From: Chiloscyllium plagiosum
Lineage: Eukaryota
DNA: 63,499 nucleotides
Assembly (NCBI RefSeq): GCF_004010195.1
Contig: NC_057719.1
Coordinates: 2,946,236 to 3,009,734 of the forward strand
Direction: 5' to 3'
A program made the translations under genes and the position numbers. Every line of letters starts with the position of its first letter. The first letter of the stretch is position 1. The notes below the pieces were generated by a model. The model searched no databases and was not told the origin of the DNA. It was given only the letters and a program-made list of their open reading frames with translations. This document shows, in pieces, positions 26,273 to 39,845 of the stretch.

Positions 26273-26844
26273 AGTTCTGATGCATTGCCACAGAGGCATG
26301 GCAGGAACAATGTGGATCTGAAACCTTCTATGCATGCTCCAGACAACAGCGTTCCACCTTCCAACGTGGTCGCTCTGTCAGTGGCCTTGCTTTTAACCAA
26401 CCCAAAACCGCTGCCACCATGCTTAATCTGTATAACTTGAAGTTGGGACTTGAATTGCCAGATTTGGTCAAGATCATCCTGTAACGCCATTTGCTGAATG
26501 TGTCACTAAAAGTCAGCAACCCTCCAATAGTCACATAGTGGCATTGTGTAGGAGCACAACAGCTGGAGAAGGAGCAGGGGAGGCATGCATGAAGGGAATG
26601 TAAACAAAAAGTGGTTTTGAAATCCAGATCTGTAAGGAGTGACTACCTGCAAGTACCTGTGAAGCTCTAAGCCAGCAAGAAGAGAGAAAATGACAAAAGA
26701 AAATTCTTCTGAATAGCACAGAGGCTTTTAGCTAAGAGCTTTAAACTCTGTTTAATCACAGAAGTCAACCTACAGGGATATTGAAATTAATGTACGTGTC
26801 AAACAGTCAACTAAGACAAAGGCAATGCTGCTTTTGAAACATGA

Positions 26845-27165
26845 TTCATCTTTGTGCGAAGATTTGTAGCTTGGGTGCTGGTTGTTGTGGTTCTGTTCGC
26901 CGAGCTGGAAGTTTTTGTTGCAAACGTTTCGACCCCAGCCTAGGTGACATCCTCAGTGCTTGGGAGCCTCCTGTGAAGCGCTTCAGTGGTGTTTCCTCCG
27001 GCATTTATAGTGGCCTGTCCCTGCCGCTTCCGGTTGTCAGTTTCAGCTGTCCGCTGTAGTGGCCGGTATATTGGGTCCAGGTCTATGTGTTTGTTGATGG
27101 AGTTTGTGGGTGAGTGCCATGCTTCTAGGAATTCCCTGGCTGTTCTTTGTTTCGAAACATGGCAC
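26845..27165 (-). mobile_element. Penelope-like element 3' part with hammerhead-like core
   Basis: Minus encodes QRTAREFLEAWHSPTNSINKHIDLDPIY. Core CTGAGGATGTCACCTAGGCTGGGGTCGAAACGT at ~26956-26924. Confidence 0.82.
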
Positions 27166-27479
27166 TAGCTGCAACCTTTTACAATTGTGCAGTGAAATTG
27201 CATGGAATCAATGCCTTTGATATTCAAAGCCCATAGGAATGTTGGGCAATGCAATAATATAGACAGATGGTTCCTTTTACACCCCATCTATTCTACAAAT
27301 CCATTACGTTAATTGGGCCCACTTGGCAATATTGCCAATTTTAATCTAAACTTTACATTAAAAAGCCCTGAAATTCCTGAGAAGGTACAGTTACCCTTCA
27401 CTTGTGGCATTTCATCAGAACAACAATTTTTACGACATCAATACTATGTGACAGAGAACAAGAGAGACCATTAGTTAAT

Positions 27480-28170
27480 GAACAGGTGTTCGAAGAGGCA
27501 ATGAGTGAGCATCTTAGTCATAGTGACCACAATGTCATACATTTTAGATTTGTTATTGAAAACAAAAAATGGTGGTCTGCAAAGTGGGTTTTGGATTAGG
27601 CGAAAACAGATTTTATTAAAATAAGGCAGTATCTGGCCAAAAGAGACTGGGAGCAATAGACCAAGAGAATTAAATCTCTACCTGGAGAAGCAAGGTTGGA
27701 CCAAGGATATTTAGCATGTCTTTGTCAAAGGAAGGTCTGGCCTGACAAACTTGATTGAATTTTTCAAGGAGATAACCAGGTGTGGAAATGAAGATTGTGC
27801 AGTTTATGTCATTTAAATGGATTTCAGCAAAGCCTTTGGTGATGTCCCAGAAGGGGAATTCATAAAGAAAGTAAAACACATGTGATTCAGGTTAACTTGG
27901 CAAGTTGGATCCAGAATTGGCTTAGAGTGGTAAGAGTGGTGATAGAAGGCTGTTTGAGTGACTGGCGCCCAGTGTGCAGTGGTGTACCACAGGGATCAAT
28001 GCTGGTTCCCTTATTGTTTGTGATATATACAAATGATACAGAAAGAAGTGTAGGGGAAATGATAAGTAAGTTTACAGTTGACATGCAAATTGGCTGGGTG
28101 GTTGACAGTGAGGCAGAAGGTCTGATGTTACAGGAGAATACGCAAGGATGGGTCAGATGGGCATTTCTGT
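27480..28170 (+). mobile_element. Decayed CR1 LINE (endonuclease end plus RT fragments)
   Basis: [51 protein letters not shown]. Confidence 0.85.
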
Positions 28171-28399
28171 GACAGTAGGAATTTAATAGTTCTGAAGAAG
28201 AGTTGTAACAGTCCTGTCTCCCAACAACCATCCCGTATGACCTGAGAACCTTGAATTCTCCAGTGCGTATGCAGGATCACAGGATATCTGTCACACCTCT
28301 GCAAAGTCTGGTATTGATGGTCATGCACACTGATGGAGCAGAAACCTTTTTAGTTGGTGAGCTTTGCAGGATTGTGATAAGGTGCTTTCAAAGCAACTT

Positions 28400-28935
28400 T
28401 ACTTTTCACTCATGGGATGTGAATTTGTAGGTCGTGGTGTTCCCATGTATCTGCTGCCCTTGTCCTTCTAGAATGAAGTGCTTGTGGGTCTGGAAGGTGC
28501 TGCCTGAGACTTTTTGGTGAATTTGTGCAGTGAATCTTTTAGATAGCACACACTGCTGCTATTGAGTGTCAGTGGTGGAGAGAGTGGATGTTTGTGGATC
28601 TGGTGCCAATTAAGCTGCTGTTTTGTCCTGGATGGTGTTAAGCTTCTCTAGTGTTACTGAAGCTGCACCCATAGAGGCAAGTGGGGAGTATTCCATCACA
28701 CTCCTGACTTGTGCCTTGTAGATGGTGGACAGGCTTTGGAGAGTCAAGAGGTGAGTTACTCACCACAGTATTCCTAGATTCAGTCACTGTGTGTATCTGG
28801 TGAGTTCAGTTGAATTTCTAGTCAATGATAACCCCTAGAATATTAATGGAGGATTCAGTGGTGGTAACACTGGTGATGCTCTTTGCCTCTTATTTGAATG
28901 GTGCAAATGTTACTTGCCATGTGTCAGCCCAAGTA
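28400..28935 (-). mobile_element. LINE 3' part, same family as 8128-9465
   Basis: Inverse of IYKAQVRSVMEY, AA..IGT, SSSVC and RTRAADTWEHH segments shared with ~9040-9300. Confidence 0.7.
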
Positions 28936-29270
28936 TGTCAGTATGTTACACCTCCCTGGCACAGCCACTGCTAGGCACATTTGTGCATGGGGGAGGTAAA
29001 CGTTCGGATTGTTGGAAGAGCAGTGCAAAGGTCTCCATGTGATCTAATGCCATAGGGACGCACCACTCTTCCTGCTTTCTGATGGTGCAATGGTCTCTCA
29101 GCATAGACCTCCATCCATTGAGTCTGATCTGCAGCCATAAAGTGATGCTGGATGGTGAGAGACAAACAATTACATGTAAGGTTAAAGAGCAAATGTTTAC
29201 ACATAAACTGAGAGTCAAGTTCAAGATATTGTGACCTCTGCCACAAAAGTGCCCTCAATGCATTATCTTT

Positions 29271-29567
29271 ATAGAATCCCTACAGTGTGGAAACAGGCCA
29301 TTTGGCTCAAAACAAACACAAACTCTCTGAAGAGCATCCCACCCAGACCCACTCTGCTGACTAATGCACCTAACCTACATATTCCTGAACACTATGGGCA
29401 ATTTCCCATAGCCAATTCACCTAACCTGCACATCTTTGGATTGTGGGAGGAAACCCACACACACACACGGGGAGAATGGGCAAACAGCCACCTGAGGCTG
29501 GAATCGAGCCCAGGTCCTTGGTGCTGTAAGGCAGCAGTGCTAACCACTGAGCCACCGTGCTGCGCCA
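29271..29567 (-). mobile_element. HE1-like V-SINE
   Basis: Head, V-domain and tail on the minus strand. Confidence 0.88.
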
Positions 29568-30276
29568 TGTTTCTTCTCTCTCTCTCCATTGCATACTCAT
29601 GTACTCCCTTATTCCATAACCAGGGTGGATGGGGCCTGGTCCACTGGGGATGACTTTGGCCTGGTGTTTTACTGAGGTGACCCTGGGTTTGTCACTGAGT
29701 GGGGTTAGTGATGTGCAGGCAGATGGAGGGCATGCCACTTCTCTGCACAATGTCCTAGGAGAAGCTTTGGCCTCAAAATGCAAACCAGCTCATCATCTTG
29801 GTACAGCCAGCCAATAGAGCAGACAGGTCAAGTCGATCATTGTTTAAATCTAATGTTTAAAGAGAAATTCAACACTGTCCGAGCCTCCCATCCTCACTGG
29901 CTGGACAGCCTCATGATGGAGAACCCAAATCTCATGTTCAAGTTGGATTAGCAAGCACAAAGCTAAATTAAAAATAAAGGCCATATTTCTGAACCTGATG
30001 AAGGGCTTTAATATTTCAGAGAGCAGTGCAATAATTCAGCAAATGTGAGATTCCCCAGTGGAACCTGACAGCTGTAAGTCTTTATATAGCGTATATGAAA
30101 TGAGCTAATCTGGCAGATTGCTGAGCAGCATCAGTCACAGGTACATTCCTAAATAGTCAGGTTAGTCTGATGGGAGGTGGTCACAAGTGTATTGTACAAG
30201 GGGTGGGTGGTGTGGCAGAGGGGTAAGTAACTAGCCAGATCTTGTAGAGTAAAATTACCCAAAGTACTTTTATATG

Positions 30277-30490
30277 AGATTAGATTCCCTACAGCGTGGA
30301 AACAGGCCCTTCGGCCCAACAGGTCCACACTGACTCTCTCAAGAGTAACCCACCCAGACTCATTTCCTTCTGACTAATACACCTAACACTATTAGCAATT
30401 TAGCATGGCCAATTCACCTGACCTGCACATCTTTTGACTGTGGGAGGAAACCAGATCACACGGAGGAAACCCAAACAGACATGGGGAGAA
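30277..30490 (-). mobile_element. HE1-like V-SINE, 5'-truncated
   Basis: GATTAGATTCCCTACAGCGTGGAAACAGGCC tail and part of the V-domain. Confidence 0.85.
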
Positions 30491-30594
30491 TTAGAGGGAA
30501 GGATCGAGAGCTTTAAATAGGAACATATAATCATGTTAAAAAATGACTAATTACAACACTGAAAACAAAATTTAATTGTCTATCGTCAGCAGCA

Positions 30595-33140
30595 CAGATA
30601 AGCATTTCTGTGGCTGCAAGAGAGATTCCAGGATGCCTCCATGGTGTTAGGGTCAAGGATGTCTCTGACTGGGCACAGGATTTTCTGAAGGGGAGGATGA
30701 GTAACCAGAGGTTGTGGTCCATGTTGGTATGAACAACATAGGCAGAAAGAGAGATGAGGTCCCGCTAAGGGAGTTTAGGGAATTAGGTAAGAAGTTGAAA
30801 AGCAGGACCTCTAGGGTTGTAATCTTGGAATTACTCCCTGTGCCATGTGCCAGTGAGGCTAGAAATAGGAAGTTAGTACGGTTAAATACATGGCTAAGGA
30901 GGTGGTATTAGAGGGGAGCTTGAGGAATGTGGATCATTGACATGTTTTCTGGGCTTGGTGCGACTTTTACAAGAAGGACGGATTGCTCCTAAACTGGAGG
31001 GGCACCAATATCTTGATAGGGAGGTTTGCTAGTGCCAGTGGGGAGAGTTTAATCTAGTGTGGCAGGGAGTGGGAACCAGAGCAGTAGATCAGAGATTGAA
31101 ATAACTGAGGAAAAGTCTAATACTAAGGCCAGTAAAGCTGAGAGGGAGAACAGACGGGAAGATTATTGAACACGGCAGGACTAGCAGTCTGAGGTGTATT
31201 TGTTTTAGTGTGAAGAGTATGACAATTAAGGCAGATGAACTGAGAGCTTGGATTTATACAACTAATTATACTGTTGTAGCTATTACACAGACTTGTTTGA
31301 GAGAGGTACAATACTAGCAGCTTAACATTTCAAGGTTGAGATATTTCAGGTGAGATACAGAGGGATGTAAAAGAGGTGGGAGAGTTGTGTGACTAATATA
31401 AATAGATTATGGAAAAATGTGAAAACAACAAGTTTGTTGTCCCCCATGTTGGCCTGGGACTCGCTTAATGCCAGGGGCTTGGATGGGTGCAAATTTGTTA
31501 GGTATGTTCAGGGTGGCTTTTGAAACCATACATAAATAGTCCAACAAGGGAAGGGGTCATACCAGACCCTGTATTGGGGAATAGGCCCAGCCAGGTGAGT
31601 GAAGTTTCAGTGAATAGCATTTTGTAACAGTGACCATAATTCTGTAAGTTTTAAGTTACTTATGGAAAATGATAAGCGTAGTCCTTTGGTGAAGATACTA
31701 AACTGGGGGAAGGCTCACGACCAGAAGGTTAAGCAGAAACTGGGCAATGTAGATTGGGGGCAGCTGTTTGAAGGTAAATCCACATCTGTCATGTTGGAAT
31801 CTTTTAAAGGCCAGTTTGTTAGAATTCACAAGTAGCATGATCCTGTCAAAACGAAGGATAAGGACAGGAAGATTCAGGAACCTTGGATGACAAGAGAAAT
31901 TGAGAGCTCAGTCAGAAAGAAAAAGGGGTCATACGTAAGATTGGAAACTGAAGATAGACAGAACCCTCAAAGAATACAAAGATAGCAGGAAAGACCTCAA
32001 AGAAGGAATTAGGAGGGCTAAAAGTGACCATGAAAAGTCTTTAGCATAGTATTCATGGTGAGATGTAAGATTAATAGCTTGCTTGGATATTCAAAGATAG
32101 ACAGTAGCAGTTTAAGGGTGTTTTTCAGATTGGAGATCTGTGACCCAATGGTATTCCACAGGGATCAGTGCTGAGGTCCCTGTAGTTTGTAATATATATA
32201 AATGATTTGGGGAGAAGTAAGGTGGCCTAGTGGCAAATTTGCAAATTACCCAAAGATTGAGAGAGCTGTGGATAGTGGGGAGGATTGCCAGAGGATGCAG
32301 CAGGCTGTAGATAGGTTGGAGACTTGGACAAAGAAATGGTAAGATGGAATTAAATCTGGACAAATGTGAAGTAATGCATTTTGGAAGGTCTAATGCAGAA
32401 GGTTAGTATACAGAAAATGTCAGAACCCTTAGGAGTATCAAGATACAGAGGGATTCAGGTGTCCAGGGCCACAGTTTCCTGAAAGTGAATAAGGTGGTCA
32501 AGAAGGCATGTGGCATGCTTATCTTCATCAGTCAGGGTGTAGAATATAAAAATTGACATGTCATGTTGCAACTGTTTAGAAATTTAGCTTGATCATATTT
32601 GGAATATTGTATACAGTTCTGGTTACTATCATGATGTGGAGGCTTTGGAGAGGGTAAACAAATGGTTTATCAGGATGTTGCCTGGTTTCAAAGGTGTTAG
32701 TGATGAGGAGTGATTGGACAGACTTGGTTTGTTTTCATTTGAAAGTTGAAGAATGAGGGACAACTTGATCAAAGTTTATGAAATTATGAGATGTATGGAT
32801 AGAATGGATAGTCAGAGTCTTTTTTGCCAGGGTATAAATGTCAATTAAGTGGGGACATATTTTAAGGTAAAAGGTGGCAAGTTTAAAGGAGATGGGAGAG
32901 GCAAGATTTTTACAGAGAGGGTGTAGGTGCCTGGAATGAGCTGCCCAAGGAGGTGGTGGATGCAAATGCAATAGCAACATTTAAGAGGCATCTTGACAGA
33001 TGCATGAATAAGCAGGGAATGGAGGGATACGGATTGCATATGGGCAAAAGGTTTATTGTTTAAAAGGGCATCATGCTTCAGCAGTCTCGATGGGCCAAAA
33101 TGCCTGTTCCTGTGCTGTACTGTTATTTTATCTTTGTTCT
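30595..33140 (+). mobile_element. CR1 LINE, long decayed copy (ORF1 esterase, ORF2 endonuclease, RT, 3'UTR)
   Basis: VHVGMNNIGRKRDEV..LLPVP.ASEARN..LNTWL (SGNH esterase), VAITQT, DHNS (APE), ELPKEVVDA, and a 3'UTR ending CTGTGCTGTACTGTT. Confidence 0.88.
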
Positions 33141-33819
33141 AGTCATCTATCATCTGAGTCACCACATGATAGAATGATAAAAGTTATTGACAAGTCACAG
33201 AGGTTGATCTTTATTGATGAATGTGTAGCAAACTCAGTCATGAGGTGAGGTAACCCTACAATGAGTGAGAGCATTGGAAACAAAGTCAAATGTCACCTGT
33301 TTCCTCTCTGTTTGCACTCAACATATGTCATATCTCAGGTTACTCAAGTACTGCGCAGCAAAATGTTTCTGAAAGTCTGCTCCATCATTTGCTCATTGAA
33401 ATGTGCTCAGTCTCAACATTAGGATCCTACCTCAGTGTTTCCCAGAGTATGACTATCATGATGACCCACATCAATCAATGGAAGGATATCAATTTAAATG
33501 GTCTGAAGTAAAGTCAGGGGACTGCATCTGACAATACTTGTACAAAGTTAGGAAGGAACTGGGTCCAAGACATTGAATTCTGTCACTGTTCACCTGAAAT
33601 GATGTTTGAGTTTGTGAAGGTCCTCAGACTGGTGCTGTCCCCAGCAGACACAGGAAGAAGATAATCTTGCAAAGTAAGTATGGCTGAGAGTCACTGAAGC
33701 AGTGTGATTGCAGTCCCTCAAACCTGGACTGAATATTCCAAGAGGTTCAGTGACCTCATAAGAACAGGAAAGATAAGTGGTGTCCCATTTCCAGAGTCCT
33801 GTTCCCATTCCCTGACTTC

Positions 33820-34129
33820 TAGATTAGATTACTTACAGTGTGGAAACAGGCCCTTCTGCCCAACAAGTCCACACCGACCCGCCGAAGCGTATACCACCCA
33901 GACCCATACTCCTACATTTACCCCTTCACCTAACACTACGAGCAATTTAGCATGGCCAATTCACCTAACCTGCACATTTTTGGATTGTGGGAGGAAACCG
34001 GAGCACCCGGAGGAAACCTACGCAGACACGGGGAGAATGTGCAAACTCCACACAGAGAGTCGCCTGAGGCGGGAGTAGAACCCGGGTCTCTGGCGCTGTG
34101 AGGCAGCAGTGCTAACCACCGTGCCGCCC
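33820..34129 (-). mobile_element. HE1-like V-SINE, young
   Basis: Near-consensus and CpG-rich. Very similar to 56735-57048. Confidence 0.93.
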
Positions 34130-34464
34130 ACAATAAATGGCCATAAATGTCTCCTAAAAATAACACACACCACTCATCTCACTGTAATCCTACTAACTTC
34201 TCACACCTTCCACAAACATTGTTAGCAGTTTATACTGTCCAGAAGAAAGACTGCAGCAACTCATCAATACTCCTTTGACTGTATCTTTCTGAAATAACAG
34301 CACAGAGGCTGGGTCCTGTCACCAATTCACCCTCCATTCACTCGTGCACAGTACTCTGGCTGTGACCATCCAGCTTGGAGTCAGTCCTCAGCTGAGGAGA
34401 TTCAAATCTCCTGGTTATATCTTTGTGTTATATGATCATACAAACTATGAATTCAAATTATGAA

Positions 34465-37400
34465 CAGCAGATTCTGTAGTTGCAAACGAGACTCGCGGAT
34501 AGCATGCTGCCTGCCAGGTGCCAGGGTCAGCGATGTCTCGGATCAAATCTGCAGGATTCTTAAGGGAGAGGGAGAGCAGCTAGAAGTCATGGCACACATT
34601 GATACCAATGACATAGGTAGGAAAAGGGAGGAGGACTTGGAAAGAGAATACAGTGAGTTAGGTTGGAAGCTAGAAGGCAGGACGAGCAGAGTCAAAATCA
34701 TGGATTGCTACCGGTGCCACGTGCTAGTGAGGCAAGGAACAGAGAGCGAGTGCAGCTGAACATGTGGCTGCAGAGCTGGTGTAGGAGGGAGGGCTTCAGA
34801 TATGTGGACTGTTGGGATACCTCCTGGGGAAGGTGGGATCTGTACAAGAAGGATGGGTTGCACCTGAACTGGAGGGGAACCAATATCCTGGGTGGGATGT
34901 TTGCTAGAGCTCTTTGGGAGAGTTTAAGCTAGTTTGGCAGGGGGATGGGAACCTGAGCTACAGATTTAAGGATGGATTAGCTAATGAACAGCCAGATACA
35001 ACATGCAGAGAGTCTGTGAGGAGGATAGACAGTTAATAGGGCAAAGGTGCAGTCAGTGCGATGAGTTGAAGTGTGTCTTTTTTTAAAGCAAGAAGTATCA
35101 GAACTTAGGGTGTTGGATCAGTACTTGGAACTCTGATATTGTGGCCATTATGAAGGTTTGGATATTACAGGGGCAGGTATGGTTGTTGGAAGCTCCAGGG
35201 TTTAGATGTTTCAAAAAGAATTGGGAAGGAGGTAATCAGGGACAATATCACAACAGCGGAAAGGGAGATTGTTGAGGAGGGTTTGTCTACAGATTCAGTA
35301 TAGGTGGAAGTCATTAACAGGAAAGGAGCAGTCACTTTATTTGGAGCTTTCTACAGACCCTGCAAAGGCAACAGAGGCACAGAGGAGCAGATTTTGGAAA
35401 GGTGCAGAAGTAACAGCGTTGTTGTCATGGGTGACTTTAACTTCCCTACAGTATGGAAACAGGCCCTTCAGTCCAACAAGCCCACACCAACCCTCTGAAG
35501 AGCAACCCACCCAGACCATTTCCCCTCCCTATATTTACCAACACTATGGGAAATTTAGCATGACCAATTCACCTGACCAGTACATCCTTGGATTGTGGGA
35601 AGAAACTGGAGCACCCAGAGGAAACCCACGCAGACACGGGGAGAATGTGCAAACATCCACACAGACAATTGCCCAAGACGGGAATCGAACCCGGGTCCAT
35701 GGGACTGTGAGGCAGCAGTGCTAACCACTGTGCCACTCTATTGGAATATTGATTGGAATCTACTTAGTTCAAATAGTTTGGATGGAGCAGTTTTTTGTCA
35801 GGTGTCCAGGCAGGATTCCTGACTCAATATGTAGATAGGCTAGCTAGAAAGGAGGCCATATTGGATTTGGTGCTTGGTAACGAACCAGGCCAGGTGTCAG
35901 ATCTCTTATGGGAGAACATTTTAGTGACAGTGATCACAACTCCCTGACCTTTCCTACACTTAAGGAGAGGGATAGGAACAGACTGTATGGGCAAGTATTT
36001 AATTGTGGGAGGGGGAATTACAATGCTATCAGGCTGGAACTGCAGCGCCCAAAATGGGAACAGAAGGTGCATGACAGAAATGTGGAGATTGTTTAGGCAG
36101 CACTTGCTGCGAGTGCTGGACAGGTTTGTCCCACTGAGGCAAGGAAAGAATGGTAAGGTGAAGGGACCTTGGGTGACAAAAGATGTAGAAAATCTAGTCA
36201 TGAGGAAGAAGGAAGCTTACTTAATGTTGAGGAGGCAAGAAAACGACAGGGTTCTAGTGGGTTACAAGGTAGCCAGGAAGGAACTGAAGAATGGATTTAA
36301 GAAAGCTAGCAGGGGGCATGAAAAAGCTTTATCGGGTAGGATTAAGGAAAACTCCAAGGTATTCTACACTTACATGAGGAACAAAAGGATGGTGAGAATG
36401 AGGGTAGGGCTGATCAGGGATAGTGGAGGGAACTTGCGCCTGGAGTCGGATGAAGTAGGGGAGGTCCTTAATGAATACTTTGTTTCAGTATTCACTACCG
36501 AGAGGGATCTTGACATTTGTGAGGACAGCGTGAAACAGAATGATATGCTCGAACAGGTAGATGTAAAGAAGGAGGATGTGCTGAAAATTTTGAAAAATGT
36601 GAGAATGGATTAATTCCCTGGACCAAAGTAGATATACCCAAGGTTACTACAGGAAACAAGGAAAGAGAATTGCTGTTCAATGATCTTTGTGTCCTCTGTC
36701 TACTGGAGAAGTGCCAGATGATTGTAGGGTGTCAAATGTCATTCCCTTGTTCAAGAAAGGAAATAGGGATAATCCTGGCAATTACAAACCAGTCAATCTT
36801 ACGTTAGTGGTGGGCAAATTATTGGAGAGGATTTTGAGAGACAGGATTTATGATTACTTGGAAAACCATAGTTTGATTAGAGATAGTCAGCATGACTTTG
36901 TGAGGGACAGAATTCTTTGAGGATGTGACAAAACGAATTGATGAAGGTAGAGTAGTGGATGTGGTGTGCATGGATTTTAGCAAGGCATTTGATAAGCTTC
37001 CCTATGGTAGGCTCATTTGGAAAGTAAGGAGGCATGGGATACAGAATTGGCTGGCCCATAGAAGACAGAGGGTGGTGGTTGATGGAAAGTATTCAGCTTG
37101 CAGCTCGGTGACCAGTGATGTTCCGCAGGGATCTGTTCTGGAACCTCTGCTCTTTATGATTTTTATAAATGACTTGGATGAGGAAATAAAAGAGTGGGTT
37201 AGTAAGTTTTCCAATGACATGGAGGTTGGTGGAGTGGTGGATAGTGTGGAGGGCTGTTGTAGGTTGCAAAGGGACATTGATAGGATGCACAACTGGGCTG
37301 AGAAGTGGCAGATGGAGTTCAACCTGGAAAAGTATGAAGTGATTCATTCTGGAAGGTCGAATTTGTATGCAGAATACAGCATTAAAGGCAGGATTCTTGG

Positions 37401-38105
37401 CAGTGTGGAGGAACAGAGGGATCTTGGGGTCAATGTCCATAGATCCCTCAAAGTTGCTACCCAAGTTGCTGGGGTTGTTACAAAGGTTACAAAGGTTACA
37501 AAGGCATGTTGGCTTCCATTAGCAGGGGAATTGTGTTTAAGAGCCACAAGGTTATTCTGCAGCTCGATAGACGCATAGTTAGACCACACTTGGAATATTA
37601 TATTCAGTTCTGGTTGCCTCATTATAGGAAGGATGTGGAATCTTTAGAGAGGGTGCAGAGGAGATTTACTAGGATGCTGCCTGGACTAGAGGGCAGGTCT
37701 TACAAAGAAAGGTTGAGGGAGCTCGGGCTTTTTCTCATTGGAGCGAAAAAGAATGAGTGTGACATGATAGAGGTGTACAAGATGATGAGAGGCATAGATA
37801 GAGTGGGTAACTAGAGACTTTTTCCCAGGGTGGAAATGACTATCATGAGGGGGCATAATTTTAAGGTAATTGGAGGAAGATTTAGGGGAGCTGTCAGAGG
37901 TTGTTCTTTACACAGACAGTGGTGGGTACATGGAATGCATTGCCAGCAGTGGTAGAGTCAGACACATTAGGAACATTAAGCGACTCTTGGATAGGCACAT
38001 GGATGATAGTAAAATGAAGGGTATGTAGGTTAGTCTGATCTTAGAGTAGGATATAAGGTTGGCGCAACATTGAGGGCTGAAGAGCCTGTACTGTTTTATG
38101 TTCTA
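34465..38105 (+). mobile_element. Near full-length decayed CR1 LINE (ORF1 esterase plus ORF2 EN-RT)
   Basis: CCLPGARVSDV..HIDTNDIG..DGLHLNWRGTNIL (esterase); VVVMGDFNFP, SDSDHNSL (APE); VIPLFKKGNRDNPGNYKPVNLT, MDFSKAFDK, VPQGSVLEP (RT); 3'UTR ending TTTATGTTCTATG. Confidence 0.95.
35442..35736 (-). mobile_element. HE1-like V-SINE inserted in the CR1 endonuclease domain
   Basis: Splits GDFNFP from NIDW. Head and V-domain on the minus strand. Confidence 0.9.
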
Positions 38106-38109
38106 TGAG

Positions 38110-38630
38110 CAAGAGTAGGTCAATCATTCCTTATAATCAGCAGTTTTTGTTCTGGTCTCACTTTCACTTTCCTGTCTACACCAATACTTTTGATATGTTT
38201 GTTAGTCAAGAATCTATCTAACTCTGCCTTAAAAAAAATTCAATGATTCTGCTACCACCACTTTCTGGGTGAGAAAGTTCCACAGCCTCACCACCCTCTG
38301 AGAGGAAAAACAAATTCTCCTTAACTCAGTCTTAAATGGAAGCCCCTTGTTTTAAAATTGTGTCCCCCATTCATGTCTCTCCCACAAGGAGAAACATCCT
38401 CTCAGAATCGACCCCAGTCAAGTCCCCTCAGGAAATTATATGTTTCAAAAGATCATCACATTCTTCTGAACTCCAATGGATACAGGCACATGCAGTTTAA
38501 CCTTTCCTCATAAGGTAATCCCTCCTTCCCCTGAATCAGTTGTATGAGCTTTTTCTGAACTGCTTCTAATGCAATTATACCCATTTTAAATAAGGAAGGT
38601 AAAACTGTACAAAGTACTCCTGTGGCCAGC
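38110..38630 (-). mobile_element. CR1 LINE 3' part
   Basis: ORF 38456-38644 IALEAVQKKL..LPYEERL, FFLSEG, inverted 3'UTR. Confidence 0.75.
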
Positions 38631-38749
38631 CAGCTCTGAGTCAATCCTCAATTGAGGAAATTCTAATCTTTTAATTATATTGGTCAGCCAGGGCTTTCCT
38701 AATTGACCCAGGTTAACAACCCCAATCAAGAACCTTGTAGTCAACGAGA

Positions 38750-39845
38750 TCTGAGGTGAAAAATGTGTTGCTGGAAAAGCACAGCAGGTTAGGTAGCATC
38801 AAAGGAGCAGGAGAATCGACGTTTCGGGCATGAGCCCTTCTTCAGGAATGAGGAGGGTGTGCCAAGCAGGCTAAGATAAAAGGTAAGGAGGAGGGACTTG
38901 TGGGGAGGGGCTTTGGGAATGCGACAGGTGGAAGGAGGTTAAGGTGAGGGTGATAGGCCGGAGAGGGGGTGGGGGCAGAGAGGTCGGGAAGAAGATTGCA
39001 GGTCAAGAAGGCGGTNNNNNNNNNNNNNNNNNNNNNNNNNNNNNNNNNNNNNNNNNNNNNNNNNNNNNNNNNNNNNNNNNNNNNNNNNNNNNNNNNNNNN
39101 NNNNNNNNNNNNNNNNNNNNNNNNNNNNNNNNNNNNNNNNNNNNNNNNNNNNNNNNNNNNNNNNNNNNNNNNNNNNNNNNNNNNNNNNNNNNNNNNNNNN
39201 NNNNNNNNNNNNNNNNNNNNNNNNNNNNNNNNNNNNNNNNNNNNNNNNNNNNNNNNNNNNNNNNNNNNNNNNNNNNNNNNNNNNNNNNNNNNNNNNNNNN
39301 NNNNNNNNNNNNNNNNNNNNNNNNNNNNNNNNNNNNNNNNNNNNNNNNNNNNNNNNNNNNNNNNNNNNNNNNNNNNNNNNNNNNNNNNNNNNNNNNNNNN
39401 NNNNNNNNNNNNNNNNNNNGATGATACAATGTATCTGGAGGTTGGGGGGTAGTAGGTGAGGACCAGTGGGTTCCGTCCTGGTGGCAATTGGAGGGGTGGA
39501 GTTCAAGGGCGGAGGAGCGGGAAGTGGAGGAGAAGCGATGGAGAGCATCGTCAACCACGTCTGAGGGGAAATTGCAGTCTTTGAAGAAGGAGGCCATCTG
39601 GTTTGTTCGGTATTGGAATTGGTCCTCCTGGGAGCAGATGCGGCGAAGGCGAAGGAATTGGGAATATGGGATGGTGTTTTTACAGGGGGCAGGGTGGGAG
39701 GAGGTGTAGTCTAGGTATCTGTGGGAGTCAGTCGGTTTATAGTAAACGTCCGTGTTGAGTCGGTCGTCTGAGATAGAAATGGAGAGGTCTAGGAAGGGGA
39801 GGGAGGAGTCTGAGACGGTCCAGGTAAATTTGAGGTCGGGGTTTA
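38750..39845 (-). mobile_element. Penelope-like element (RT C-terminus plus terminal repeat) spanning the assembly gap
   Basis: Minus encodes PDLKFTWTVSDSSLPFLDLSI..DVYYKPTDSHRYLDYTSSHP..NTIPYSQFLRLRRICS..MASFFKD. Terminal core CTGAAGAAGGGCTCATGCCCGAAACGTC at ~38845-38818. Confidence 0.9.
39016..39419. other. Assembly gap
   Basis: Run of N. Confidence 1.

Noticed and set aside
29980..30245. Possible additional minus-strand exon
   Set aside because: Only a weak acceptor, with early stops in the phase-compatible frame. Not supportable.
33290..33820. Unique-looking stretch with short ORFs on both strands
   Set aside because: No recognisable motif or convincing splice sites. Could be an old TE or intron, so left uncalled.
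34465..38105. Active LINE, or host esterase or RT gene
   Set aside because: Multiple stops, frameshifts, deletions and a SINE insertion. An esterase ORF1 is normal for CR1.
38842..39597. Long ORFs in the track
   Set aside because: Artefacts of translating through the N gap inside a Penelope element.
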